Positions 29,950 through 39,215 of a stretch of 64,000 bases of DNA are shown one piece after another. The notes below the pieces were generated by a model that saw only the letters and a program-made list of their open reading frames with translations, searched no databases and had not been told where the DNA came from. The translations under genes and the position numbers were made by a program. This DNA comes from an uncultured Spirochaetota bacterium (lineage in GTDB: Bacteria; Spirochaetota; Spirochaetia; SZUA-6; Fen-1364). Numbering within the stretch: the first letter of the stretch is position 1; every line of letters starts with the position of its first letter. Location of the stretch: positions 430,527 to 494,526 of the forward strand of contig CAVTHO010000006.1 of assembly GCA_963734545.1 (NCBI GenBank), written 5' to 3'.

Positions 29950-29988
29950 AAATGTCACGGCGTACCGCGGTCACAAATGTCACGGCGT
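29950..29988. repeat. 14-bp direct repeat in the SNF2/PAS divergent promoter
   Basis: AAATGTCACGGCGT at 29950-29963 and 29975-29988. Confidence 0.7.
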
Positions 29989-30053
29989 GGCAACGAACGC
30001 CTTCCCATGATATAATAATCCATCCGAAGCAGAACGGCTCGCATGGGGGGGTG

Positions 30054-31007
30054 ATGGATTTCAAGTTGGACGCGGACGAGCTCCAGGAGGTGGTGGTCCT
30101 CTGCGACCAGGACGGGATTCTCCTCTGGTGGAACAGGGCGGGGGAGGAAATCACCGGTTTCTCGAGAGAAGACGTGATGGGGTACCACATCGACTCGATC
30201 GTCGCTCCCGGGTCGCGCGCGGAACTGAAGGATATTCTCGGCATACAGCGCACCGGCACCGTGCTCCCGGGCATGCCGATGAAGCTGCAGACCAGCTACG
30301 GCATGGAAGTCCCCGTGGAGGTGACCTCGGTCCCGCAGCATGAAGGCGGCACGCTCACCGGCTGGCTCCTCATATTCCGGGACACGACCCTCAAGGTCCA
30401 GCTCCAGGAGCAGCTCGACCGGATGGACGTCCTGTACCGAGGGCTCGTGGAGCATTCCTCTGAGATCATCTACGTTCTCGACGCCGCCGCCCGGGTGCTC
30501 TTCATCAACGATACGGTCGAAACTCTCCTCGGATATGCGAAGAAAGACCTGATCGGCAAGGACCTCATAGAAATCGTGCACCCGGACGACCGGTCAATGG
30601 CCTACTGGCCGCTGCGGGAAAGACGGAAGGCGGCCCGGGCCACGAAAGACCTGCAAATCAGGCTCCTCACAAAGGTCGGCTCGCACCGCCGGTACGACCT
30701 GGAAATCGTCTACATCTCGCTGAACTCCGTCGGGCTGGGGGCCGAACGCCGGGAGCCCGGAATGCCGGTCGTCGAGGAGAGGCTCGGCACCCAGGGGGTC
30801 GCGCGCGACGTGACAGAGCTCGTGCTCCTGCAGGACTTCTCACGGCAGGTCGGGTTCATCCTTCCCATCTGCGCAGTGTGCGGCAAGATTCGAGTGACCA
30901 CGGGCACGACGGAAGAGTGGCTGCCCCTGAGCAAATACGTCGAGAGGAAGACAGGCATGCGGTTTTCGCATACCTACTGCCCGGAGCACGTGCCGGATAT
31001 CTCGTAG
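30054..31007 (+). CDS. PAS-PAS protein with C-terminal Cys/His (putative Zn) domain
   Basis: Two PAS folds (WNRAGEEITGFSREDVMG; INDTVETLLGYAKKDLIG, VHPDD), then LPICAVCGKIR...FSHTYCPEH. Confidence 0.8.
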   Translation: MDFKLDADELQEVVVLCDQDGILLWWNRAGEEITGFSREDVMGYHIDSIVAPGSRAELKDILGIQRTGTVLPGMPMKLQTSYGMEVPVEVTSVPQHEGGTLTGWLLIFRDTTLKVQLQEQLDRMDVLYRGLVEHSSEIIYVLDAAARVLFINDTVETLLGYAKKDLIGKDLIEIVHPDDRSMAYWPLRERRKAARATKDLQIRLLTKVGSHRRYDLEIVYISLNSVGLGAERREPGMPVVEERLGTQGVARDVTELVLLQDFSRQVGFILPICAVCGKIRVTTGTTEEWLPLSKYVERKTGMRFSHTYCPEHVPDIS

Positions 31008-31027
31008 CGCATGAACGGGGAGGGGCC

Positions 31028-31825
31028 ATGACCAGATCGCTTTCCCGCATGATCCTGTCCGTTGCCAACCTTCTCGGTTTCGTCGCCGTAATCGTCGTCA
31101 ACGCCCTTGCAACGACCATACCGCTGGGCGGCAGGACAACCGGCGAGCTTTCGGACCAGTACCCGAATCTTTTCGTGCCTGCCGGGCTGACTTTTGCCAT
31201 CTGGGGACTGATCTATATCCTGCTGGCGATATTTGTGGTTTATTGCTTCGTCTTTTCCGCGCGGAAGCCCGCGCAGGACGATTCCTTCATGGAGAATGTC
31301 GGCGTGCTCTTTTTCATCACGTGCCTGGCGAACCTGGGATGGATCCTTGCCTGGCACTACCAGGTCCTTCCGCTGTCGCTCGCCCTGATGATCGTGCTCC
31401 TCGGCGCGCTGATCATGATCTACGTGAGACTGAGCGTGGGCAATTCGCAGGCGTCTTCGTCGGAGAAGTACCTGGTTCACCTGCCCATGAGCGTTTACCT
31501 CGGCTGGATCAGCATCGCGACCATCGCAAACGTGACGGCGCTTCTGGTCGCCTGGAAGTGGACGCGCTTCGGCATGAGCGAGCAATTCTGGGCCGTGGTC
31601 ATGATCGCGGCGGGAATTGTCCTGGCCGGCCTCATGCTCTTCCGTCGGAACGATATCTTCTACGCCCTTGTGACAGGCTGGGCGCTTGCAGGGATTCTCC
31701 TGAAGAGAATCGCAGACGTCGGAACGCCCGCCGGCGCGGTCGTGCTGACAACGATTGTCGGCATCAGCCTCATCATCCTGGGCGTTCTCGTCCAGATCGC
31801 ACGCAGGCGTGTCTACAAGGGCTGA
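31028..31825 (+). CDS. TspO/MBR-like tryptophan-rich membrane protein
   Basis: SDQYPNLFVPAGLTFAIWGLIY, N.GWI.AWHY, SVYLGWISIATIAN. Confidence 0.72.
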   Translation: MTRSLSRMILSVANLLGFVAVIVVNALATTIPLGGRTTGELSDQYPNLFVPAGLTFAIWGLIYILLAIFVVYCFVFSARKPAQDDSFMENVGVLFFITCLANLGWILAWHYQVLPLSLALMIVLLGALIMIYVRLSVGNSQASSSEKYLVHLPMSVYLGWISIATIANVTALLVAWKWTRFGMSEQFWAVVMIAAGIVLAGLMLFRRNDIFYALVTGWALAGILLKRIADVGTPAGAVVLTTIVGISLIILGVLVQIARRRVYKG

Positions 31826-31863
31826 CGTTTCCCTCCGCGTGAGTTTTTTACTACACTCTATTC

Positions 31864-32523
31864 ATGGCTGCACCGGGATCCGCCGCGGATCTTGATTTCA
31901 TACATCGCTTCATTCCGGCCACTGCAGGGGGATTGCCCACCCTGCTCCTGCTTCACGGGACCGGGGGCAACGAGGAAGATCTCCTGGACCTGGGGTCGCG
32001 TCTCATGCCCGGGGCGGCGCTGGTGAGCCCGCGCGGCAAGGTCCTGGAAAACGGAATGGCACGTTTTTTCCGCAGGCTCGCCGAAGGGGTGTTCGACCTC
32101 GATGACCTGCGCCGTCGAACGGAGGAGCTGGCCGCATTTGTCGACGCGGCCGCTGCAGCGTACGGTCTGGACCGGTCCCGTCTGGTATCAGTGGGATACT
32201 CGAATGGCGCGAACATCGCAGCGAGCATCCTTCTTCTGAAGCCATCGGTCCTGTCAGCGGCCGTCCTGCTGCACGCCATGGTCCCCCTGGTGCCGGATCC
32301 GCTGCCCGATCTGCAGGGCAGACCCGTGTTTCTCAGCGCGGGAAGACAGGACACCATGATTCCCCCGCCTGAGACCGAGCGCCTGGCGAAGCTCCTGGAA
32401 TCCGCGGGCGCGCGCGTGACACTCGCCTGGCAGCCTGGCGGGCACGGGCTGACTGCGGGCGAACTGGAGTCGGCGCGCGCGTGGATTCAGGAAGTAGAAG
32501 CCAATCGAGCCGGAAAAGCCTGA
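31864..32523 (+). CDS. Alpha/beta hydrolase (MhqD-like carboxylesterase)
   Basis: LLHGTGGNE, FFRRLAEGVFD, GYSNGANIA, GGHGL. Confidence 0.88.
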   Translation: MAAPGSAADLDFIHRFIPATAGGLPTLLLLHGTGGNEEDLLDLGSRLMPGAALVSPRGKVLENGMARFFRRLAEGVFDLDDLRRRTEELAAFVDAAAAAYGLDRSRLVSVGYSNGANIAASILLLKPSVLSAAVLLHAMVPLVPDPLPDLQGRPVFLSAGRQDTMIPPPETERLAKLLESAGARVTLAWQPGGHGLTAGELESARAWIQEVEANRAGKA

Positions 32524-32538
32524 TCAAGGAGGTCGTGC

Positions 32539-33513
32539 GTGCAGCTCGAAGGATTGCATCACCTGACGGCGGTGACGGGTAATCCGTCCCTCAACGTCGG
32601 TTTCTATACAGAGGTCCTGGGCATGCGTCTCGTGAAAAAGACGGTGAACCAGGACGATGTCGGCGCCTATCATTTGTTCTACGCCGATGAGGCCGGCCAC
32701 CCCGGCACGGACGTGACGTTTTTCGACTGGCCCCATGCCGGAAAGACGTCGAGGGGTATCGGCACCATCACGCTGACCTCTCTGAGGGTCTCCGGCCGTG
32801 CCGCTCTCGAGGCCTGGGCGCGCCGGCTGACCGATTTCGGCATACAACACGAAGGGATTCTCACGCACAGCGGCAGGGGTGCGATTGCGTTTGCCGATCC
32901 CGAAGGACAACGCCTGGAGCTCGTCGACGACGGAGGCGCGGGCGGCGGCACGCCGTGGGCCAGGAGCCCCGTTCCCGTCGAAATGGGAATCCGGGGGCTC
33001 CATGCCGTGCATATCCCGGTCCGGAAGCCCGACGCGACAGCCTGGATACTGAGCGAGGTCCTGGGCTTCCGCCAGGAGAGGGAATACCGGCTGCCCGACG
33101 ACACGAGGGTCCTCGTGTACGAGGTCGGATCGGGCGGTCCAGGGACCGAGGTGCACCTCGAAGAGCGTCCCCTCGCGGCTCCCGGACGCGTCGGCATCGG
33201 CGGCGTGCACCATGTCGCCTTCCGCACTCCGGACGGTGACGAGCAGGTCGAGTGGCAGGCAAAGCTGCGGGACGCGGGCGTGGGAGTCACGCCGGTCGTC
33301 GACCGCTTCTACTTCAAGTCGATCTACTTTCGGGAGCCCGGCGGCGTCCTGTTCGAGATTGCCACCGACGGGCCGGGATTCGCGGCGGATGAGCCTGCCG
33401 ACCGTCTGGGCGAGAACCTGGCGCTGCCGCCCTTCCTGGAGCCTCAGCGCGCCAGGATCGAGGCGGGCCTGCGGCCCATCAATCCGGTGCGGATGACTGC
33501 GGTGAGCGGCTGA
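32539..33513 (+). CDS. Ring-cleaving dioxygenase, VOC family (MhqO/MhqA-like)
   Basis: GLHHLTA, VKKTVNQDD..YHLFY, VHHVAFR, DRFYFKSIYFREPGGVLFEIATDGPGF. Confidence 0.92.
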   Translation: MQLEGLHHLTAVTGNPSLNVGFYTEVLGMRLVKKTVNQDDVGAYHLFYADEAGHPGTDVTFFDWPHAGKTSRGIGTITLTSLRVSGRAALEAWARRLTDFGIQHEGILTHSGRGAIAFADPEGQRLELVDDGGAGGGTPWARSPVPVEMGIRGLHAVHIPVRKPDATAWILSEVLGFRQEREYRLPDDTRVLVYEVGSGGPGTEVHLEERPLAAPGRVGIGGVHHVAFRTPDGDEQVEWQAKLRDAGVGVTPVVDRFYFKSIYFREPGGVLFEIATDGPGFAADEPADRLGENLALPPFLEPQRARIEAGLRPINPVRMTAVSG

Positions 33514-34234
33514 CTATCCCCGGGGCAGGCTCGCAACGGACGTGCACGGAGCTGTCCAGCGGGAAAGCGACTTTGATCGGCGCGGGAGATGACGCGGGCT
33601 TGCCCTGCCGGACAAGGTGCACGAAATCGAGGTCCTTGCCCGCCACCCGGAAAACCGCGCCCGGCTGGATGCCCTGCCCGTGGCAAAGCGCCAGCATGCC
33701 GGGCACCTGCTCCCCTTCCTCGGTCACCCTGACTATCTGAACCACTTCACCCACGCCCGCCTCGGTGAGCCGCGGGGCGGCGAGCAGCCTGGCCTCGATG
33801 GGAGAACCGGGCAGCGGGTTCCCGTGGGGGCAGGTCTGCGGGGAGCCGAGTCTTTGAAAGAGGTGCTCGGTCAGGTCGTCCGAGATCTGGCTCTGCAGCC
33901 TCTTGGCTTCGTCGTCCGCTTTCTCCCAGGGATAGTCCAGGATCCGGACCATCAGGTGCTCCAGGAGGTAATGACGGCGAAGGACCTTTATTGCGAGGGC
34001 GTGCCCCTCCTCCGTCAGCTCGATGCTCTCGTAGCGGACCTGGCGTGCCAGCCCCAGCCGTTTCAGGCGCCCGAGGGCCTGGGTGACGGCGGAGCCGCTG
34101 ACCCCGGTCCATGCTGCCAGGCGCGTGTTGCTCACTTTGCGGTAGTCCCTCTGGATGAGGTAGATCCCGCTCAGGTACTCGGCGGCAGCGGGAAACCGCT
34201 CGCTGAGACGCGCCGCATCAAGTTTCATGCGCAT
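33479..34234 (-). CDS. DtxR/MntR-family metal-dependent repressor (true stop may be 33515)
   Basis: EYLSGIY, VSGSAVT..L.RL, LTEEG, RRHYLLE, CPHGNPLP, FeoA-like tail. Confidence 0.88.
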   Translation of the reverse strand: MRMKLDAARLSERFPAAAEYLSGIYLIQRDYRKVSNTRLAAWTGVSGSAVTQALGRLKRLGLARQVRYESIELTEEGHALAIKVLRRHYLLEHLMVRILDYPWEKADDEAKRLQSQISDDLTEHLFQRLGSPQTCPHGNPLPGSPIEARLLAAPRLTEAGVGEVVQIVRVTEEGEQVPGMLALCHGQGIQPGAVFRVAGKDLDFVHLVRQGKPASSPAPIKVAFPLDSSVHVRCEPAPGIVSRSPQSSAPD

Positions 34235-34241
34235 CGCGGCA

Positions 34242-35018
34242 CTATAGCACGCCGTCCCAGGTGCAGGAGAAGATGCCCCGATTCCAGCCGACCTTGAACG
34301 GGACGCCGTACACTGCCCGCAGATTCTTCTCCGTGAGGGCCTTCCTCGGGCTGCCCGAGAAACGGAACCGACCTGCTTTGAGCAGGTGAACGGTGTCCGC
34401 GACAAATGCCGCCGTGTGCGGGCTGTGGCTGGTGAACAGGACCGTGATGCCCTGCCGGGAGAGCTTTTTCAGGAGGCGCATGACGCGCAGCTGGTGGCCG
34501 GGGTCGAGCTGGCTGGCGGGCTCGTCCAGCAGAAGGAGTGAGGGCTGCTGGGCGAGGCTTCGCGCGATGAGCATGAGCTGATACTCTCCCCCGCTCAACG
34601 TGGTCACCGATCGGTCCGCCAGCCCGGCGACCCCCGCCGCGATCAGCGCCTCCCGCGCGATGGCGCGGTCCCGCGCACCGGGCGCTTCCAGGGGACGCAG
34701 ATGGGGCGCCCTGCCCAGGAGCACGTATTCAGTCACCGTGAAATCGAACCGCACGTTCTCCCGCTGCGGCACGAGGCTCACCATCCTGCCCCGCTCTCCG
34801 CGGCTCCAGTCGCCGAGGGGTTTTCCTGCCATGAAGACGTCTCCCCGGTCAGGCTGTTTCCAGCCGAGGCAGATATCCAGCAGCGTGGATTTTCCCGCTC
34901 CATTTGGACCGAGGATGGCCGCGATCGTGCCTTCCTCCATCGAGAACGTCAGGTCGTTGAGAACAGGCCGCGCACCGGGATAGGCAAAAACTGCCTGCCG
35001 CACCTCGAGAATGCTCAT
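34242..35018 (-). CDS. FepC/FecE-type ABC ATPase
   Basis: GPNGAGKST, LSGGE, LLLDEP. Confidence 0.92.
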   Translation of the reverse strand: MSILEVRQAVFAYPGARPVLNDLTFSMEEGTIAAILGPNGAGKSTLLDICLGWKQPDRGDVFMAGKPLGDWSRGERGRMVSLVPQRENVRFDFTVTEYVLLGRAPHLRPLEAPGARDRAIAREALIAAGVAGLADRSVTTLSGGEYQLMLIARSLAQQPSLLLLDEPASQLDPGHQLRVMRLLKKLSRQGITVLFTSHSPHTAAFVADTVHLLKAGRFRFSGSPRKALTEKNLRAVYGVPFKVGWNRGIFSCTWDGVL

Positions 35019-36008
35019 CCGCCGCGCTCCGTCCTTCGCGCGATCATGAGCGCAACGAAAGCGCCCGCGCCGATCACCGCGGTGAGGATCCCGAGCGGAA
35101 TCTCGGCGGGGAGGACCGTACGCGCAAAATCGTCGCAGAGCAGGATGTAGATTGCCCCCATGAGCAGGGAAGCAGGCAGGGATCTCGAGGCGTCGGTCCC
35201 GAACACCCTGCGGGCAGCATGGGGGATCATGAGACCGGCCCAGCCGATCAGACCGCTCACGGAAATCGCCGCCGCAGTGGCCATCGTGGCGGCAAAGAGA
35301 AGAAGCGCGCGCTCCCGGCCCGGCGCGCTCCCCAGCGAATGCGCCACCCGATCGTCGAGGGAAAGCACGTTGAGCCTCCAGCGCAGGAGCAGCACAAGGG
35401 CAAGACCGACGATCACCGGCGGGGCAACGAACAGCGCGTCACGCCAGGTCACTCCCCAAAGCCCTCCAAGAAGCCAGAAGGTGATTTCGGGAAGCTGATT
35501 CCTCGGATCGGCGGCGAGCTTGACCAGGCCGATGCCCGCGGAGAAAAGCGCCGAGACTGCAATACCGGCCAGGACGAGACGCAGGATCCATCCGCCGTAT
35601 CGGATCAGCCTTGCGAGGAGCCACGAGAGGGCGAGCCCGGCCAGCGCAAAGGCGAGCGCCCCGGCCTCCACGACCGCCGGGACTGGGGGCGAGGGCAACG
35701 ATGGTCAGCGCGGCGCCGAACGCCGCGCCCTGCGAAACCCCGAGAAAACCGGGTTCGACGAGCGGGTTGGCGAAAATCATCTGGAAGACGGTGCCCGCGG
35801 CGGCCAGGGAGAATCCAAGGAGGATTCCCATGACGATCCGAGGGAGCCGGATGCTCAGCACGAGGCGCTGCGCGACCTGGTCGTGGGCCAGGGTCCCTGC
35901 CGACACGAATCCCGGAGCCGGATACCTGCCGAGAAACACCGATCCCGCGGCCACCAGCACGAGGAGGAGGAGCAGCAGAAGCAGCGCCGAGGCGCTAGCG
36001 CCGCGCAA
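35015..36008 (-). CDS. FecCD/BtuC-type permease, apparent frameshift in a C-run at 35685-35689
   Basis: IRLPRI, FQMIFANPLVEPGFLGVSQGA in one frame; FWLLGGL, SGLIGWAGLMIPH, EIPLGILTA in the next. Confidence 0.88.
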
Positions 36009-37041
36009 GCGCGTCTTCCAGCCGCGGCAGGATCTCCCGGCTCAGGGTGGCCTCGTCGATGCCGTAGAGGCGGGTGAAGAACTCGCGCACTTCCGCGCGC
36101 ATGTCCAGGCCGGGGAAAAGCTCGGGATGGAGCGTCACGGCCATCCATTCCAGGCCCAGGATCCAGCGCGTATCGGCCTGGTCCCAGGAATAGAAATCCG
36201 ACGGAAAGCCGGCGATGGCGCCAGAGAGCGAGCCCGAGTTTCGGATGTCCTCCGCAATCGGGCCGGAGGGCTTTCCGTAGGAGATGACGAATACATACCG
36301 CGGGTTCCATGCGGAGAGCTGCTCGAGGCCGACTTTCTTCCAGCCGTCCCCCGGGCCGGCCTCTTTCCAGACCGCCGCGCCGCCCGCGGTTTCCGTCGTC
36401 ACTGTCTGGATCCAGCCCGCCGGCGGCACGGTGAACGCGTTCGTTCCGTCCCGCGAATTGTATTGGACCACGAGCACGGAGGGCTTTTCCGCGGCCGCCG
36501 TTGCGCGGGCCACCGCCTCCACGCGGGAACGGTACCAGTCCTGTATGAAACGCGCCCGCTCGGGCTGCTGGAGCAGCCTGCCCAGGGTCTGCACGTCCAG
36601 GTAGAACTTCTCCGGGGACTCCAGGTCCAGGTAGAGAACGGGGATCCCGATCTTCTCCAGCGAGTCCCCGAGCTGCGCTTTCAGGTACGACTTCAGAATG
36701 ACGAGATCGGGACGAACGGCGGCGAGCTGCTCGGGTCCCACGCTGTTGGAGAACCGGGGTTTTTCAGCGGCCCCCCGATCGATCAGCGGCAGGAAATCAC
36801 CCAATCCCTGGTCGGTACCGCCGATCCCCACGACCCGCTGGGCAACACCCGGAAAGAGGTAGACGGCGTCCACGAGAAGCAGGGTCGCCCTTCCCGCAAT
36901 CACGATCCGCGAGGGTATTTTCTGAAAGCTCACGCTCCGGCCCAGGGTATCGGTGAGGGTATAGGGGCCGGGCGCGGCGAATGTCGGATGAATCCAGATG
37001 CCGGCGATGAGCGAAGCGATGAACAGGGTCCTTCGTATCAC
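35995..37041 (-). CDS. Class III (FecB/BtuF-type) periplasmic binding protein
   Basis: Signal peptide, TDTLGRSV..P.RIV, EQLAAVRPDLVI, EQLSAWNP, WD...R..LG..W.A..LHPELF. Confidence 0.88.
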   Translation of the reverse strand: MIRRTLFIASLIAGIWIHPTFAAPGPYTLTDTLGRSVSFQKIPSRIVIAGRATLLLVDAVYLFPGVAQRVVGIGGTDQGLGDFLPLIDRGAAEKPRFSNSVGPEQLAAVRPDLVILKSYLKAQLGDSLEKIGIPVLYLDLESPEKFYLDVQTLGRLLQQPERARFIQDWYRSRVEAVARATAAAEKPSVLVVQYNSRDGTNAFTVPPAGWIQTVTTETAGGAAVWKEAGPGDGWKKVGLEQLSAWNPRYVFVISYGKPSGPIAEDIRNSGSLSGAIAGFPSDFYSWDQADTRWILGLEWMAVTLHPELFPGLDMRAEVREFFTRLYGIDEATLSREILPRLEDALARR

Positions 37042-37673
37042 GGCAAGTCCTCCATTGTATCGATGTCACGATGGATCGAATCGTCTTTCCAGGGTAGCTC
37101 TTCCACCGCGAGCCGCGCGGCGATCTCCCTCATAGTCCCGGTGGCAGGGTCGGCGCGCAGCACCTCGTCCTTCACCCGCGCGCCGCACAGCACGGGGTGT
37201 CCCCGCCTTCCCTCGAACACGGGATAGACGAAGTCGGCCGGCGCGCACCGAAGGAGAGCGAGATAGACATCAGGTCCTGCCCACGGCATGTCACCCAGCA
37301 TGATGAAGAACCTGCCGGTGCGCACGTGCTCCATTCCCCGCCGGATCGAGGAGAACATTCCCAGCGGCCAGTCGGGATTTTCTACAGGCTGCACCTGCCG
37401 CACGTCCCGAAAGAGGAGGGCAAGCTCGGCGGCGCGATAGCCGGTCACCAGGATCACGCGGGTGCACACCTGCAGAGCAGACGCCACGACGGTTTCGATG
37501 ATTGTGCGCTCTCCGAAGGGAAGTATCGGCTTCCAGCGGCCCATGCGCTCCGATTTGCCTGCCGCGGGCACGATGCAATCGACGTCCTCCCTTTTGGCGG
37601 TCGCTCCTGGCGACATTTTACCGGTCGCTCCTGGCGACATTTTACCGGTCGCTCCTGGCGACATTTTATTCAT
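37038..37673 (-). CDS. mocA: MocA-like molybdenum cofactor cytidylyltransferase / NTP transferase with N-terminal (KMSPGATG)x3
   Basis: AAGKSERMGRWK, ENPDWPLGMFSSI, LGDMP, GRRGHPVL, DIDT.ED. Confidence 0.78.
   Translation of the reverse strand: MNKMSPGATGKMSPGATGKMSPGATAKREDVDCIVPAAGKSERMGRWKPILPFGERTIIETVVASALQVCTRVILVTGYRAAELALLFRDVRQVQPVENPDWPLGMFSSIRRGMEHVRTGRFFIMLGDMPWAGPDVYLALLRCAPADFVYPVFEGRRGHPVLCGARVKDEVLRADPATGTMREIAARLAVEELPWKDDSIHRDIDTMEDLP
37597..37668. repeat. 3 x 24-bp tandem repeat with internal hairpin
   Basis: CCGGTCGCTCCTGGCGACATTTTA x3; contains GTCGC-N5-GCGAC. Confidence 0.95.
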
Positions 37674-37796
37674 GCGGCATCGTAGCGATTGCGGAAAGAC
37701 GACGCAAGCGTGGGAGGGAGCGGCCCGGCGTGGACAGGGGCTCCCGGCGCGCATGCGCGCCTGCCGCCCTACGGATGCGCAGGGCGGCAGGCGTCC

Positions 37797-37825
37797 TTGA
37801 CCGCCGCGCGCGCGCGCAGTATCGT
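37797..37825 (+). promoter_or_regulatory. sigma70-type promoter of adenosine deaminase
   Basis: TTGACC-17-TATCGT; the spacer contains (CG)6C. Confidence 0.6.
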
Positions 37826-37838
37826 CAGTGCAGCCCAC

Positions 37839-39048
37839 ATGCAGAAGTACAGCCAGGATTTCATCCGCGCAATCCCCAAGACCGACCTCCACGTCCACCT
37901 CGACGGCTCGCTGCGCCTGCCCACGCTCATCGAGCTGGCCCGGGAGCGAAGCATCGAGCTTCCCTCCTTCACCGAGGAAGGGCTGAACGAGCTCGTATTC
38001 AAGGATTCCTACAAGGACCTCAACGAATACCTCACCGGCTTTTCCTGGACGCTCCTCGTCCTGCAGGACACCGAGGGACTGGAGCGCACCTCCTACGAGC
38101 TGGCCCTGGACAGCTGGGCGGAAGGCGTGCGGTACCTCGAGGTCCGATTCGCGCCGCAGCTCCACATGTCCCCGACCTTCGGATTCGAGGCGGTCGTGCG
38201 CTCCGTGGACACCGGCCTGCGGCGGGCGCGGGAAGCGGTCAACGCGACCCTCGGCCCCGACGAGCCGCCCTTCGACTACGGGATCATCGTCTGCGCCCTG
38301 CGCTTCTTCGATGAGAGCTTCTCCCAGTACTACAGGAACCTCTGCCGGGTGCTTTCCTTCTCGAGCCCGCAGGAGGTGATACGCACCGCGAGCCTGGAGC
38401 TGGCCCGGGCGGGCGTGCGCCTGCGCAGGGAAACCGACATCCAGATCGTCGGGTTCGACCTTGCCGGCAGCGAGTACGGGTACCCGGCAAGCGCGCACGA
38501 GGAATCCTACGACTTCGTGCACAGGAACTTCATGCGGAAGACGGTGCACGCGGGGGAGGCGTACGGCCCCGAGTCCATCTTCCAGGCCATCGCCAAGCTG
38601 CACGCGGACAGGATCGGCCACGGCCTGCACCTCTTCGACGAGGACATGATCTTCTCGGGCAGCGTGCAGGACAAGCGCGCCTACATCGAGAACCTGGTGA
38701 ACTACATCGCGGAGAACCGCACCACCATCGAGGTGTGCCTGACGAGCAACATGCAGACCTCCCCCGCGCTCAAGGCCATCGACGAGCATTCGCTGCGGCA
38801 GATGCTCAGCCACAAGCTCTCCCTCACATTCTGCACGGACAACCGCCTCGTCTCCCACACCTCGCGTGACGCGGGAGCTCAGCCTCGCGCTGGAGAACTT
38901 CACGATTCCCCCTGACCAGCTCAAGGACATCATCATCTACGGCTTCAAACGCTCGTTCTACTACCATCCGTACCCCATGAAGCGGAAGTGGGTGCGGAAC
39001 GTCATTGACTACTACGAGAAGCTCGAGAAGCAGCACGGCGTCATGTAG
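37839..39048 (+). CDS. add: Adenosine deaminase, apparent frameshift near 38863
   Basis: PKTDLHVHLDGSLR, YLEVRFAP, GFDLAGSE, TVHAGE, RIGHG, EVCLTSN, CTDNRL; continues as VTREL...GFKRSF in the next frame. Confidence 0.9.
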
Positions 39049-39215
39049 GAACCGGGCCCTGAAGTCCGTGCCGCGCGCGGCGTGACGCACTGATTCCGGT
39101 CTCCCGGCGGCACCCCCTGCCTTTACACACTTTTTACACTTCTTTTTCCGCGCCCTGACAACGCCTTCGCCTCCCTGCGCCACACTTTCCTCATACGCGG
39201 GAAAAGGAGGTGCAT

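Noticed and set aside
37597-37668. Possible mini-CRISPR
   Set aside because: Head-to-tail units without spacers, in frame within mocA.
37038-38936. 632-aa minus-strand ORF suggesting a large MocA fusion
   Set aside because: The N-terminal two-thirds is the antisense shadow of adenosine deaminase; the real gene starts at 37673.
24376-39048. Programmed ribosomal frameshifting or pseudogene status for MocR, FecCD and add
   Set aside because: No slippery heptamers or stimulators and no other decay; scattered single indels fit sequencing error better.
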